Shown here: one piece after another, positions 10,766-19,692 of the stretch
Layout: each line of letters begins with the position of its first letter
Position numbering within the stretch: the first letter of the stretch is position 1
Assembly (NCBI GenBank): GCA_038816475.1
Contig: JAWBAI010000008.1
Location: 9,400-73,399, forward strand
DNA: 64,000 bases
Origin: Desulfurococcaceae archaeon
GTDB lineage: Archaea > Thermoproteota > Thermoprotei_A > Sulfolobales > Desulfurococcaceae
Direction of reading: 5' to 3'
Notes under the pieces: model-generated
Databases searched by the model: none
What the model saw: the letters and a program-made list of their open reading frames with translations, nothing else
Told to the model about the DNA's origin: nothing
Program-made: the position numbers and the translations under genes

Positions 10766-11845
10766 ATGACGAGAGTTAAACTCGAAGGAGTCTCAAAGTA
10801 CTTTGGTACAGTCGTAGCAGTCGAAGACGTTACATTTCACGTTGATAAAGGCGAGTTCTTTACTCTTCTAGGTCCATCCGGATGTGGTAAAACAACGACG
10901 CTAAGGATCATAGCGGGTTTCGAGGTCCCGGACAAGGGTAAGGTCTACTTCGATGATGAAGATGTAACCTTCGAAAAACCCTATAAGAGAAATACAGCAA
11001 TGGTATTCCAGAACTATGCACTATGGCCTCACATGACTGTTTTCGAGAACATAGCCTATGGTCTTAAGATAAGGAGAAAAGAGCTTGGGCTTAGCGACGA
11101 GGATATCAAGAAGAGAGTTGAGTGGGCACTAGAGCTTGTTAAGCTGAAAGGGCTCGAAAACAGGTACCCATTGCAACTCAGCGGTGGACAGCAGCAAAGA
11201 GTTGCACTGGCGAGAGCTCTTGTTGTTCAACCCAGAGTTCTCCTACTGGATGAACCACTCAGTAACCTTGATGCTAAGCTCAGGATCGAGATGAGAGAAG
11301 AACTACGGAGACTGCAGAAATCTCTCGGCATAACGACTATATACGTTACCCACGACCAGCTCGAAGCTATGAGCATGAGCGACAGAATAGCAGTTATGAA
11401 CAAAGGTAGAATAGTTCAAGTAGGTACCCCCAGAGAGCTTTACCTTAGACCAAGAACACTCTTCGTTGCAGACTTCCTTGGTAGAAGTAGCATATACGCA
11501 GGTGAACTAGTTGAACAAAGGGGCCGTGAAGTTAAGGTTAAACTTGAAGAAGCAGACATCATAGTTAAGGGTGTAACACCTGTTGAAAACCTACCCAGAA
11601 AAGTAGCAGTTGTCATCAGACCAGAAGTAGTAAAGCTCGGTGCAAGCACGGATCCCGAGGACACGGTGATTAAGGGTGTACTTGATTTCGCCATGTTCGT
11701 TGGTGAGAAGATAGAAGGAAGAGTGAGAATCGGAAACCTGAGACTTCTAGTATACTTACCTAACACCATTGAGGTATCCGTTGGAAGTGAGATTGTACTG
11801 ACAATACCTTGGGTAAACACTGTTGTATTACCAATGGAGGTTTAA
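10766..11845 (+). CDS. ABC transporter ATP-binding protein (FbpC/PotA type)
   Basis: GPSGCGKT, LSGGQQQR, LLLDEP, VTHD, TOBE-like tail. Confidence 0.93.
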   Translation: MTRVKLEGVSKYFGTVVAVEDVTFHVDKGEFFTLLGPSGCGKTTTLRIIAGFEVPDKGKVYFDDEDVTFEKPYKRNTAMVFQNYALWPHMTVFENIAYGLKIRRKELGLSDEDIKKRVEWALELVKLKGLENRYPLQLSGGQQQRVALARALVVQPRVLLLDEPLSNLDAKLRIEMREELRRLQKSLGITTIYVTHDQLEAMSMSDRIAVMNKGRIVQVGTPRELYLRPRTLFVADFLGRSSIYAGELVEQRGREVKVKLEEADIIVKGVTPVENLPRKVAVVIRPEVVKLGASTDPEDTVIKGVLDFAMFVGEKIEGRVRIGNLRLLVYLPNTIEVSVGSEIVLTIPWVNTVVLPMEV

Positions 11846-12367
11846 ACGAACTGGGCAACAGGCTTCTTCCACGGGAGTTTATAATCGGAGATGGATCTGT
11901 GCTCGATGATACATAGATCCGCTTATAATAATTCTACGTTAATCGTGTAGAGAGCATGAATTAGGCTACGAGAACACTTTGTTCTCAGTACTTTTAAAGT
12001 ATAGTAACCATGAACTCAGCCCCATGAGTTATTTTCCACATAAATCACAGGTCTGTTCTTACAAGTAGCAAGGGTTCAACGAAAATTTAACCGTGGTTAC
12101 AGCCTTTATTTCCACGAATATTTCAAGTTGTATTTCAGGACGCTCCTTGACTGGTTTTCCGTGTTTTACTGCATTTAGAAGCAGAGTAAAAACGCTGTGG
12201 ATTAGCACTAAATGCACCACGGACCACTGATCCAGTCAAGCTATCTAGTAAGTACAGGGATCGTGCGTGAACTCGACCAGTATGGAAGGATGAAAGTCTC
12301 ACCCCGATACTTCCTGCTATACTATGGACTACTAAGTAAAGGGTACCATAAACTATGGGTTAGTTAA

Positions 12368-13465
12368 CTAGAGTGGACAATAGGAGAACTTGTAGTGGTA
12401 AGGGCAGAATGAGCAGTTGGGTGAATTACCCCAGCAGTCTGTTTCTGTGTTCAATGTGTAACTACACCACTTTCTAAGGTCACAGTCTAGGCATGAAGGC
12501 ATGTAGTTGAAGAATAACTTGAAGTAGAGGTTCATGTTTCGTCTCCAGATGTTATTCAGATCCTCTCTTAGAGCATCACCGATAACGAACTCCTGAATAG
12601 CTCTCTTCGTGTCTTCAATGATAATGGACCAATTATAAGCTAAAAAGAGACACGGAGTAACCTTACCATCAACTCTAACGAACAAAGCTCTGTTCGCTGC
12701 AAAGGGGCATTCTCTGGCAGTATACGACTCCATGTTGGGTAACCATAGCTTCAGGGGAGTATTCATAAGCTTTACCGACAATGTATCAGCAATATCTCTA
12801 ATCCTGGTTAAACAAGTAGTGTCCTTAATGCACTCAGCGTTTTTGAGTCCCCAAGGATGATCTATGTACAGGCTTAGGTACACTTCCTGTATACCTGCGT
12901 CCACCGCGTAATCTACGAGTTTAACCAACTGATCCACGTTTAGCTTTGTAACCGTAAATATGGTTTTTACAACAGGTTTTCTTGTTTGATACAGGGTTTT
13001 CAGATTACTCAGCTCTTTGATATTCCTAGTAACAACGGAGAGACTACTAGGTCTTCTCAGCTTATCGTACAGTTCAACGTCTACGGCATCTACGCTAACG
13101 TACACCTCGTCAATGCTTAGTTTAACTAGTTCATCAAGGTACTTGTCCATGGTTAACCCGTTTGTGTTCAAAACAACGTAGAGATTCTTGGATTTTGCAT
13201 AGCTCAGCATGTCTAGTATCCAGGGGTTCACCGTGGGCTCACCCCACCCTGTTAAAACCACCTTTTTAACTCCGCTTCTTAAGGCGTTGTTGATGATTAC
13301 CGCGTACTCGTCAAAGGTCATATCCCTGTAGCTAAAGTTACTAGCAGAGTACCTAAAGCAGTGTAAACAACTCAGATTACACTTCGTGGAGACTTCAACC
13401 ACGAGGATACGAGGACTCGAATCGTCCTTTAACGCAATAACCCAGTCGCTTATCCTAATTACCAT
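12368..13465 (-). CDS. Radical SAM/SPASM protein, tungsten-cofactor oxidoreductase maturase-like
   Basis: CNLSCLHC motif, GWGEP, Cys-rich C-terminus PSCLDC..C..DCWGNSPNCSFCP..CPL. Confidence 0.8.
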   Translation of the reverse strand: MVIRISDWVIALKDDSSPRILVVEVSTKCNLSCLHCFRYSASNFSYRDMTFDEYAVIINNALRSGVKKVVLTGWGEPTVNPWILDMLSYAKSKNLYVVLNTNGLTMDKYLDELVKLSIDEVYVSVDAVDVELYDKLRRPSSLSVVTRNIKELSNLKTLYQTRKPVVKTIFTVTKLNVDQLVKLVDYAVDAGIQEVYLSLYIDHPWGLKNAECIKDTTCLTRIRDIADTLSVKLMNTPLKLWLPNMESYTARECPFAANRALFVRVDGKVTPCLFLAYNWSIIIEDTKRAIQEFVIGDALREDLNNIWRRNMNLYFKLFFNYMPSCLDCDLRKWCSYTLNTETDCWGNSPNCSFCPYHYKFSYCPL

Positions 13466-13553
13466 GAACTACCATCACCAACTGAGATTATTGTTGCTGA
13501 TCGAGGTGTTGTAAGGTAAAAACGGATTATTTGAGCCCAGTACACTGCATGGT

Positions 13554-13607
13554 ACTCAGCTGGGTAAGTTTTCTTCACCGATTCAAACCGGAGGTATTTC
13601 ATCATTT
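13554..13607 (-). ncRNA. Box C/D guide sRNA
   Basis: Minus strand ATGATGA-AATACCTCCGGT-TTGA-ATCG-GTGAAGA-AAACTTACCCAG-CTGA with 12-nt guides, intergenic. Confidence 0.8.
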
Positions 13608-13675
13608 AACACTATACTCATGTAATAGCTACAAGGTACTATAAATTCTTTAGTTCCGAGCAGACTATGCCTGTG

Positions 13676-14422
13676 CTAAGAGGTTAAAGACGAATTCTGA
13701 GAAAGGTGTTCCTCTATTTTCCTGTAAAACATGTAGCTCAGTGGAAAAGGTATCAGAAGATACAGTAGTGTCTTAAACTGAGTGGTTCTCAGCAACTTAA
13801 GTACCTCTAATCCATTACTATTTCCTTCCAAGTATCCACGTATGATGTATTCAAATGCTTTTTCTCTATCGGCTTCAGAGAATAGAGCTTTTATGTACCC
13901 GTCTATGAGAAGAGTAGATACTAACACTAGCAGGTCCCACGCGTAGTACTCCACTTTACCACTACTTGTAGCCTGCTCTGCGTCTACTACGTAGAGATTT
14001 TCACCTTCATAGAGAAAATTCGTGATTTTCGAATCTCCGAAAGCCCAGCCACGCTCGTGGCATTTTCCAATTTCACGAGCGATCAAATAGTGAATCAATG
14101 GTGGAGCCTGAAGATTGTACACTTTTCCCTTTACGAACTCTCTTATGAGCTTTAGATTAATGTAATCTACGAGAACTACCTCAGGTTTGTTGAAACACGT
14201 GTTTTTAGACCTCATGAACTCAACTTCGTTTTCAAGTCTTTCATGCGGCTTCAGCTTGAATGGATACACACCAACAGCTAAGTTAGATACGCTAACTAAG
14301 TACCATTTTATAATACCCGGCTCCGCTGTGTATGTTTTCTCGATGTAAACCTTATTACCAATCATAATCAATCGAGATTGCTTTGCAACATTGTCCATGA
14401 AAAGCAGTAAACTAAGCCTCAA
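13676..14422 (-). CDS. Atypical Ser/Thr kinase-like protein (RIO/Bud32-like fold)
   Basis: HERGWAFGDSKITNFL catalytic-loop-like segment, VVDAEQA, WDLLVL. Confidence 0.65.
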   Translation of the reverse strand: MRLSLLLFMDNVAKQSRLIMIGNKVYIEKTYTAEPGIIKWYLVSVSNLAVGVYPFKLKPHERLENEVEFMRSKNTCFNKPEVVLVDYINLKLIREFVKGKVYNLQAPPLIHYLIAREIGKCHERGWAFGDSKITNFLYEGENLYVVDAEQATSSGKVEYYAWDLLVLVSTLLIDGYIKALFSEADREKAFEYIIRGYLEGNSNGLEVLKLLRTTQFKTLLYLLIPFPLSYMFYRKIEEHLSQNSSLTS

Positions 14423-14491
14423 TTCAACCCCTATTTTTCTAGTTTAACACTCTTGAAAATATTCTTTACTCACCTTTTCAACTACGTGAGA

Positions 14492-14558
14492 GGCCCAGGA
14501 GAGAGCCTTTGCTCACTCACTCCCGCTCGGGAGCGTTGCAAAGGCGGATTTCTAGCCC
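14492..14558 (-). ncRNA. Structured K-turn hairpin RNA (H/ACA-like) candidate
   Basis: GCCUUUGC/GCAAAGGC stem, AA/AGUGA internal loop, CGCUCCC/GGGAGUG apical stem, 6+6 nt pocket; no canonical ACA box. Confidence 0.45.
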
Positions 14559-14743
14559 AGTGCTATTACTATGGTTTTCATGGGTTTAAAATTACTGCAT
14601 GCAGATGGCAAATAATCATAGAAAGGTTATTCGACTTATCAAGGCTTTATCAAAGCTCAGTACGAACTTCACGTTTCACCACGGTGTTGTTCGCGGTTTT
14701 GAATTTATAAACTATAGCGATAATTTAACTCTGGAAAACAGCG

Positions 14744-15058
14744 GTGAAATCATTGCTATCATATACTAACGACGAAGAGCAACAATTACCTCGAGGCATT
14801 ATAATCGAAATCCCACTAAAACCCAGGAAAAAAATGATATCCTTGAGAGTAGACGAGGAAGCTCTGTCAACAATAGACAAGTTCGTTGCGCGAACAGGTG
14901 AGTACTCGCGAACTCTGATCATAACTAAACTCATAGAAGCATTTGCTGAAGCCTTAAAAAGAGTAAACTACAACGCTACTCACGTGAGTATTAAGGTAGT
15001 ATCGAACAATAGCTTTAATACGGTTGAGATAGTTATACCATTGAAAACGAGAAGCTAG
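14744..15058 (+). CDS. Ribbon-helix-helix (CopG-like) DNA-binding protein
   Basis: MISLRVDEEALSTIDKFV...SRTLII pattern. Confidence 0.65.
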   Translation: MKSLLSYTNDEEQQLPRGIIIEIPLKPRKKMISLRVDEEALSTIDKFVARTGEYSRTLIITKLIEAFAEALKRVNYNATHVSIKVVSNNSFNTVEIVIPLKTRS

Positions 15059-15441
15059 CTTGTAGCGGGTTTTCTCGTTTTAATAGAGTCCAGTATTATC
15101 CTTACGATGTCAGCAGGTAGGCTAAGCATGTGTGCTAGTTGTTCGGGCGCTATGGCGTCTCCATACAGCTCGTAGTACTGCTGTACAGCATATATAGGTT
15201 CCAAGTAGAATATACGTCTCCCTTCCTTAACCTTGGCAATTATACCCATCTTGTTGAGCCTAGCTAGGTATCGAGACTCAATTGTTCTAGCTCTACCGGT
15301 GTACTTAGCAACATCATCAGCAGTAACGCGTTTGAGTGCTATTACAGCATCAAGCGTTTTCAACGTTGGTGGTGTAATGATTATGCCTCTTTTAACTAAG
15401 AACCTTATATCGTATATACTACAGAAATCTGTACTGCTCAT
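15055..15441 (-). CDS. Winged-helix DNA-binding protein
   Basis: TADDVAKYTGRARTIESRYLARLNKMGII..KEGRRIFY. Confidence 0.75.
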   Translation of the reverse strand: MSSTDFCSIYDIRFLVKRGIIITPPTLKTLDAVIALKRVTADDVAKYTGRARTIESRYLARLNKMGIIAKVKEGRRIFYLEPIYAVQQYYELYGDAIAPEQLAHMLSLPADIVRIILDSIKTRKPATS

Positions 15442-15639
15442 GAATTAGTTCACCAGGCGAACATTCACCATGTATATGCTTTGTCTAGAGAGTCTAATAT
15501 ATTTTTACAGATAGTAGATGTCATATTAATGTTAGTATTAAGCCGTATTACTTTTTTTCAAGCTATTGCATAAAAGCTACAAAATTGCATTTTAGGAAAT
15601 ATAAGCTACTGCGATAACTTAACAACGTAGGTGACATAG

Positions 15640-16296
15640 TTGAAAATACCCATGGGTAAGTTCATTGAAGAAATACTGGATAAAATGAGAAACCACACCC
15701 TCATAGCATCCGAGAGCATTGATATCTTGGGAAGAATAGTAAAGGAGTATCATGTTAAAACATACGATGAACTACAGAAGCTTTTCGAAGAACTCATGCA
15801 TGTAGAGAAGAAAGGAGACGAGATCAAGAGAGAGCTCATGAGTTGTCTCAGAGCAGGGCATCTTCATCCAGAGGATAGAGAAGACCTTTTAAGAATAGCA
15901 CTAGTACTCGACGAGATCCCAGGGTTGGCTAAGGCTGTTGCAAAGAAAATACTGGTCTTTAAGCACATCAATATTTCAATCCCGGTTCAAGTTCAGAGGT
16001 ACGTAGCGGAGATAGTAGACAACTCCAAGAAGTGCATAGAAAGCCTAGTACGTGTCGCAGAGCATTTTCCGCACGAACCCCAGAAGGTCATGGAATACGC
16101 TACTGAAGCTGAGCACTACGAGGAGGTCGTAGACGAGCTCAGGCTTAAGGCTCTCGAAGATCTATTTAAACTATGCATGGAGAACTTCGGAGTACAATGT
16201 ATAGCATTACACATCGTGATCGACGACGCAGAGACTATAACTGATAGATGCGAAGACGTAGCTGACATATACAGGTTAAACCTCATATCGAGGTAG
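15640..16296 (+). CDS. DUF47 / PhoU-like phosphate transport regulator
   Basis: EKKGDEIKRE, DREDLLRIA..LD, EEVVD, DRCEDVAD repeats. Confidence 0.85.
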   Translation: MKIPMGKFIEEILDKMRNHTLIASESIDILGRIVKEYHVKTYDELQKLFEELMHVEKKGDEIKRELMSCLRAGHLHPEDREDLLRIALVLDEIPGLAKAVAKKILVFKHINISIPVQVQRYVAEIVDNSKKCIESLVRVAEHFPHEPQKVMEYATEAEHYEEVVDELRLKALEDLFKLCMENFGVQCIALHIVIDDAETITDRCEDVADIYRLNLISR

Positions 16297-16306
16297 TAGT
16301 TTCTAC

Positions 16307-16927
16307 ATGATATGCTGCATAGTGCTAGCAGCAGGTATGAGTACAAGGTTCCCATGGAATAAGCTACTCTACGTATACGAACACGAACCACTCATAGTTC
16401 AAACAGTACAGAATATTCTAAAGTCTGGTTCTGTAAATAAGATTGTTGTTGTAACAGGGTTCATGAGTAAACATGTAGAAAAGGTTCTCATGGAGAGAGG
16501 ACTGAACATAGACCTTGTTGAAAACCCTGATTACGCAAAAGGTGGAATGAGCTCCTCGATCAAAGTAGGTCTACGATACATAACCGATAGGCTTAGTCAC
16601 GTAACAGCTGTAATGATCAATCCTGGTGATGTAGCCTGGGTGCATCCTGGCATATACACTCTCATTGTGACGAAGTTCCTGGAGAACAGAGATCGTTACA
16701 AGATAGTTGTAGCCGGTTATCGCGGTAAACGAGGACACCCTGTTCTCTTATCGGGTACAATACTGGAAGACCTTTTATCGATATCCGAGGAGAAGCAGGG
16801 ATTACGTGAAATTGTTCATAAGTACAAGTATGAAACACTGGTAGTTGAAACAGAGTATCCGGGGGTACTCTTAGACGTAAACACGGTTCTGGATATTTTA
16901 AAGGTAAAAAGTACTGTCTACAAGTAG
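16307..16927 (+). CDS. MobA/MocA-like nucleotidyltransferase
   Basis: VLAAGMSTRF..NKLL, NPDY..GGMSSSIK.G, RGHPVL, DVNT. Confidence 0.85.
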   Translation: MICCIVLAAGMSTRFPWNKLLYVYEHEPLIVQTVQNILKSGSVNKIVVVTGFMSKHVEKVLMERGLNIDLVENPDYAKGGMSSSIKVGLRYITDRLSHVTAVMINPGDVAWVHPGIYTLIVTKFLENRDRYKIVVAGYRGKRGHPVLLSGTILEDLLSISEEKQGLREIVHKYKYETLVVETEYPGVLLDVNTVLDILKVKSTVYK

Positions 16928-16953
16928 CAAAAAGTTCTCGTGTTTCAAGGTTC

Positions 16954-18714
16954 CTAGGTGTAGAGATCTTCGTGTTTTACAACTTCGACGATGAGATCAC
17001 CGCTTTGGTCATAGTTTATGATGATTTCTGTTGCCCCGTATATCAGGTTGTGCTTCATTGCAAGAGTGTCCTGGTATGCACCTGTATCGAGGAAAGCTAC
17101 GTAATAGTTTTCCTTCTTTGAGGGTAGATGAAGTGGAACACCCCTTAGCTTGAGCTTTAAGCCGGGAACTAGAACTATTCTGGAGTCTACTCTGGTAAAC
17201 AAGTAATCTCCGCTGTAGTTTACACCCGGGCTTATGTACGAAGCTATTTCTCCCATACTATCACATGTTAGGTCACTCAGCGAGGCTAGTACATCCGGTG
17301 GTTCGTTGAGTCTCTGAGTGGGTACAACCTGAAAGTACTGATCTACCAGGACAACGTCAGGTACATCTGCAAAAATGGACATGCTAAGTACGTATCGTTT
17401 TGAGGGTGCTGTTAGTATCCTTGAAATAACCCTATGCTTCATCACTTCGTTCAAGTCAAGGGTTCTTTCCCTGATAAGCTCTGCTAGTTTGTGAACCAGG
17501 TCTTCTCTAACCAGTTTAACAAGATCCTCGTACAGCTCTCTCTTGCTGTTATCCAGCTGGAGAGTTTTCTTCAGGTTTGCTATGATACTCTTAACTTCCG
17601 AGAGAAGCCTCTCAGCATCCTCTAGGCTGTTGACTTCTTCTAGTATTTTTCCACCTACGTCTCCATGGCTTTGTACAGCTGAGTATGGTCTTACATCAAC
17701 AACCTTTGCTACAACAAGTCTGTGTGCTGATACTATGAACCTTCCACCCTCAAAAGCAATGTCTGGATGAGGCTCAAGTGAGACGAGTTGTGATAGGAGC
17801 TCTTTGAAGTAGTCAACGACGGTGTAATCGGGTGACTCCTCGGATCCGTCTCTCACATCGACGTAAGGGTATGCTATTCCTCCTCCTGGATCAATAATGC
17901 TTATTTTGTCGAACCCCATGTTTTTAAGCTCTAGATGCACCTTCACTACTTCATTAAAGTACTTTCTGAGATCGCTTAGTTTGTGTATTTGTGATCCAGG
18001 GTGCATGTGGAGTACTACAGCTCGTTCGGTTAACCAACGGTAGTCGGACAGGATTTTTGAAACAGTATTAGTTGTCATTCCGAATTTGCTTCCTAGACCA
18101 ACCGAACTCGACCATTTCCCCTGGAGTTTCACAATGGGCTTAATTCTCAACCCGATCTCTATCTCGGGATAGTTGGCCAGTACCTCGGCATCGTGTTCAC
18201 TTTCTACATCAGCAACAATTCTCCAACCTCGTCTACGTAGCTCCACCAGTTCTTCTACAATCTTCTCGGTTATTACTCCATCGTATATCAGTATACGAGA
18301 ACCGTACTTTTCTGAGAGGTGCTTTAGGAGCTTAACTTCTCCATGGGATCCCGCGTTGAACCCCCAATTGTACTTCTCACCGTATCTGAAAATAGCCTCT
18401 ACTACCCTTGGTGTAGGATTAACCTTCATTGGGTAAACAGGTCTGAGTGTACCTTTGAAACCGAGCAGTTCTGAAACGTGATTGAAAGCTGTAAATACGA
18501 GATTCATGGTCTTCTCAATTAGAGGCAGTATTCGAATGTACGCTATGTCGAGCTTTAGTGTGTCCATCAAATCGTTGATCCGGATTACCTTGTTACCTAG
18601 TTTGATTACAAGATAGCCATTATCATCAACAGTTAGAGTATCCCCCCTAATGTAGTGTTCCAGCCCGTACAGCTTTTTTGCTACCTCTGTATAATCGTAG
18701 CTACTCGCGCACAA
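16954..18714 (-). CDS. speA: PLP-dependent (fold III) arginine decarboxylase, biosynthetic type
   Basis: VYPMKVNP (PLP Lys), SKFG, HMHPGSQI, DPGGG, EGGRF, DLTCDSMG, GAYQD..HNL. Confidence 0.8.
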   Translation of the reverse strand: MCASSYDYTEVAKKLYGLEHYIRGDTLTVDDNGYLVIKLGNKVIRINDLMDTLKLDIAYIRILPLIEKTMNLVFTAFNHVSELLGFKGTLRPVYPMKVNPTPRVVEAIFRYGEKYNWGFNAGSHGEVKLLKHLSEKYGSRILIYDGVITEKIVEELVELRRRGWRIVADVESEHDAEVLANYPEIEIGLRIKPIVKLQGKWSSSVGLGSKFGMTTNTVSKILSDYRWLTERAVVLHMHPGSQIHKLSDLRKYFNEVVKVHLELKNMGFDKISIIDPGGGIAYPYVDVRDGSEESPDYTVVDYFKELLSQLVSLEPHPDIAFEGGRFIVSAHRLVVAKVVDVRPYSAVQSHGDVGGKILEEVNSLEDAERLLSEVKSIIANLKKTLQLDNSKRELYEDLVKLVREDLVHKLAELIRERTLDLNEVMKHRVISRILTAPSKRYVLSMSIFADVPDVVLVDQYFQVVPTQRLNEPPDVLASLSDLTCDSMGEIASYISPGVNYSGDYLFTRVDSRIVLVPGLKLKLRGVPLHLPSKKENYYVAFLDTGAYQDTLAMKHNLIYGATEIIINYDQSGDLIVEVVKHEDLYT

Positions 18715-18793
18715 CTCTACTGCAACCTATAGACGCCGTATAGCAATACAATAAGACAGGTTTATAAAGCGTGTTGTAGCGTTTGAACCCACG

Positions 18794-18849
18794 GGTCAAA
18801 CGGTCCGTGAACCGATCACCGATCAGCCAGGAGGGCTTCTATCATCCCC
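18794..18849 (-). ncRNA. Box C/D guide sRNA candidate (variant boxes)
   Basis: Minus strand GGGG-ATGATA-GAAGCCCTCCTGG-CTGA-TCG-GTGATCG-GTTCACGGACCGT-TTGA-CCC with terminal GGG/CCC stem. Confidence 0.6.
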
Positions 18850-18898
18850 AGTAAAAACTTTCCAAATAACAGCTTAATACGTAAGCTTATGAGACGAT

Positions 18899-19603
18899 TT
18901 AGCGTTCTGTTTTCCTTATTTTCTTCTCAGCTAGTTTTAATGCTTCAATTAGTTCTTCGATAGGTGCATAGCCGGGTATAGTTACAATGGGTTTTGCTCC
19001 GTAAACGTTGTAATCCTCGATCCTATTAATTGCTACGTATGGAACGTACTGGACATTGTAACTATCGGCTTCATAGGGGTGTTCAAAGGCTTCTATGGCT
19101 TCTACGAGTAGATTTTCATTGATGATTCCAGCCTGGTTGAAGAAGTCTACGACTATGGGACAGTAGGGGCACTCCGGTGTTACGAATACCTTTATGTGCA
19201 TAGGGGTTTCTACGACCTCTATCTCCTCTTGAATGTTCTTGGGCAACTTCACGCCTTCAGACAAGTGCTCGTGAACGTAGATGAAAGGAGCGAACTCTTG
19301 ACCGCTCGGTAGCCCGTAGTACCTTATGTTCCTTTTTCTCGTGTCGTACACGAATGCTGGTAGGTATCTTGGTCTTATGCTCCTAGCTTCACTGCTGTCT
19401 AGCACGTGAAACGATACCTTTCCATTGCTGATGCTCTCTATCTCCCGTGCAAGCTGTAAGGCCTCGGGGCACGTACCACAGTTTCCACTAGACCCAGGGT
19501 TAGATACTGAGTCTACAATAAGCAAATCCACTAAGTTTCTTCTTAAACCATCGAATATCCTCCTAAGCTCTTGTACTGTTTCGTCATCGAACAAAGCAAC
19601 CAT
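18899..19603 (-). CDS. Protein disulfide oxidoreductase (two thioredoxin folds)
   Basis: CGTC and CPYC motifs, YYGLPSGQEF, VQYVP. Confidence 0.88.
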   Translation of the reverse strand: MVALFDDETVQELRRIFDGLRRNLVDLLIVDSVSNPGSSGNCGTCPEALQLAREIESISNGKVSFHVLDSSEARSIRPRYLPAFVYDTRKRNIRYYGLPSGQEFAPFIYVHEHLSEGVKLPKNIQEEIEVVETPMHIKVFVTPECPYCPIVVDFFNQAGIINENLLVEAIEAFEHPYEADSYNVQYVPYVAINRIEDYNVYGAKPIVTIPGYAPIEELIEALKLAEKKIRKTER

Positions 19604-19692
19604 AAACTGCCACCCTAACTGTGTTTAGATTCAGCACAGTAAAATACGTAATAAGACCTTATATAGAAATTATAAAGGGGTGAATTAACAGT

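Noticed and set aside
11846-12367. 520-bp gap searched for sRNA, repeats and ORFs
   Set aside because: No complete box set, repeat or credible reading frame found
14453-14710. 85-aa ORF from the track
   Set aside because: No protein-like features; overlaps the structured hairpin and promoter region
14744-15640. RHH plus wHTH plus AT-rich gap as a WhiP-type replication origin
   Set aside because: The wHTH lacks recognisable WhiP motifs and no ORB or iterated repeats were seen
18781-18795. Minus-strand CGTGGGTTCAAA resembling a tRNA T-arm or att site
   Set aside because: No complementary T-stem or acceptor stem, and no integrase nearby
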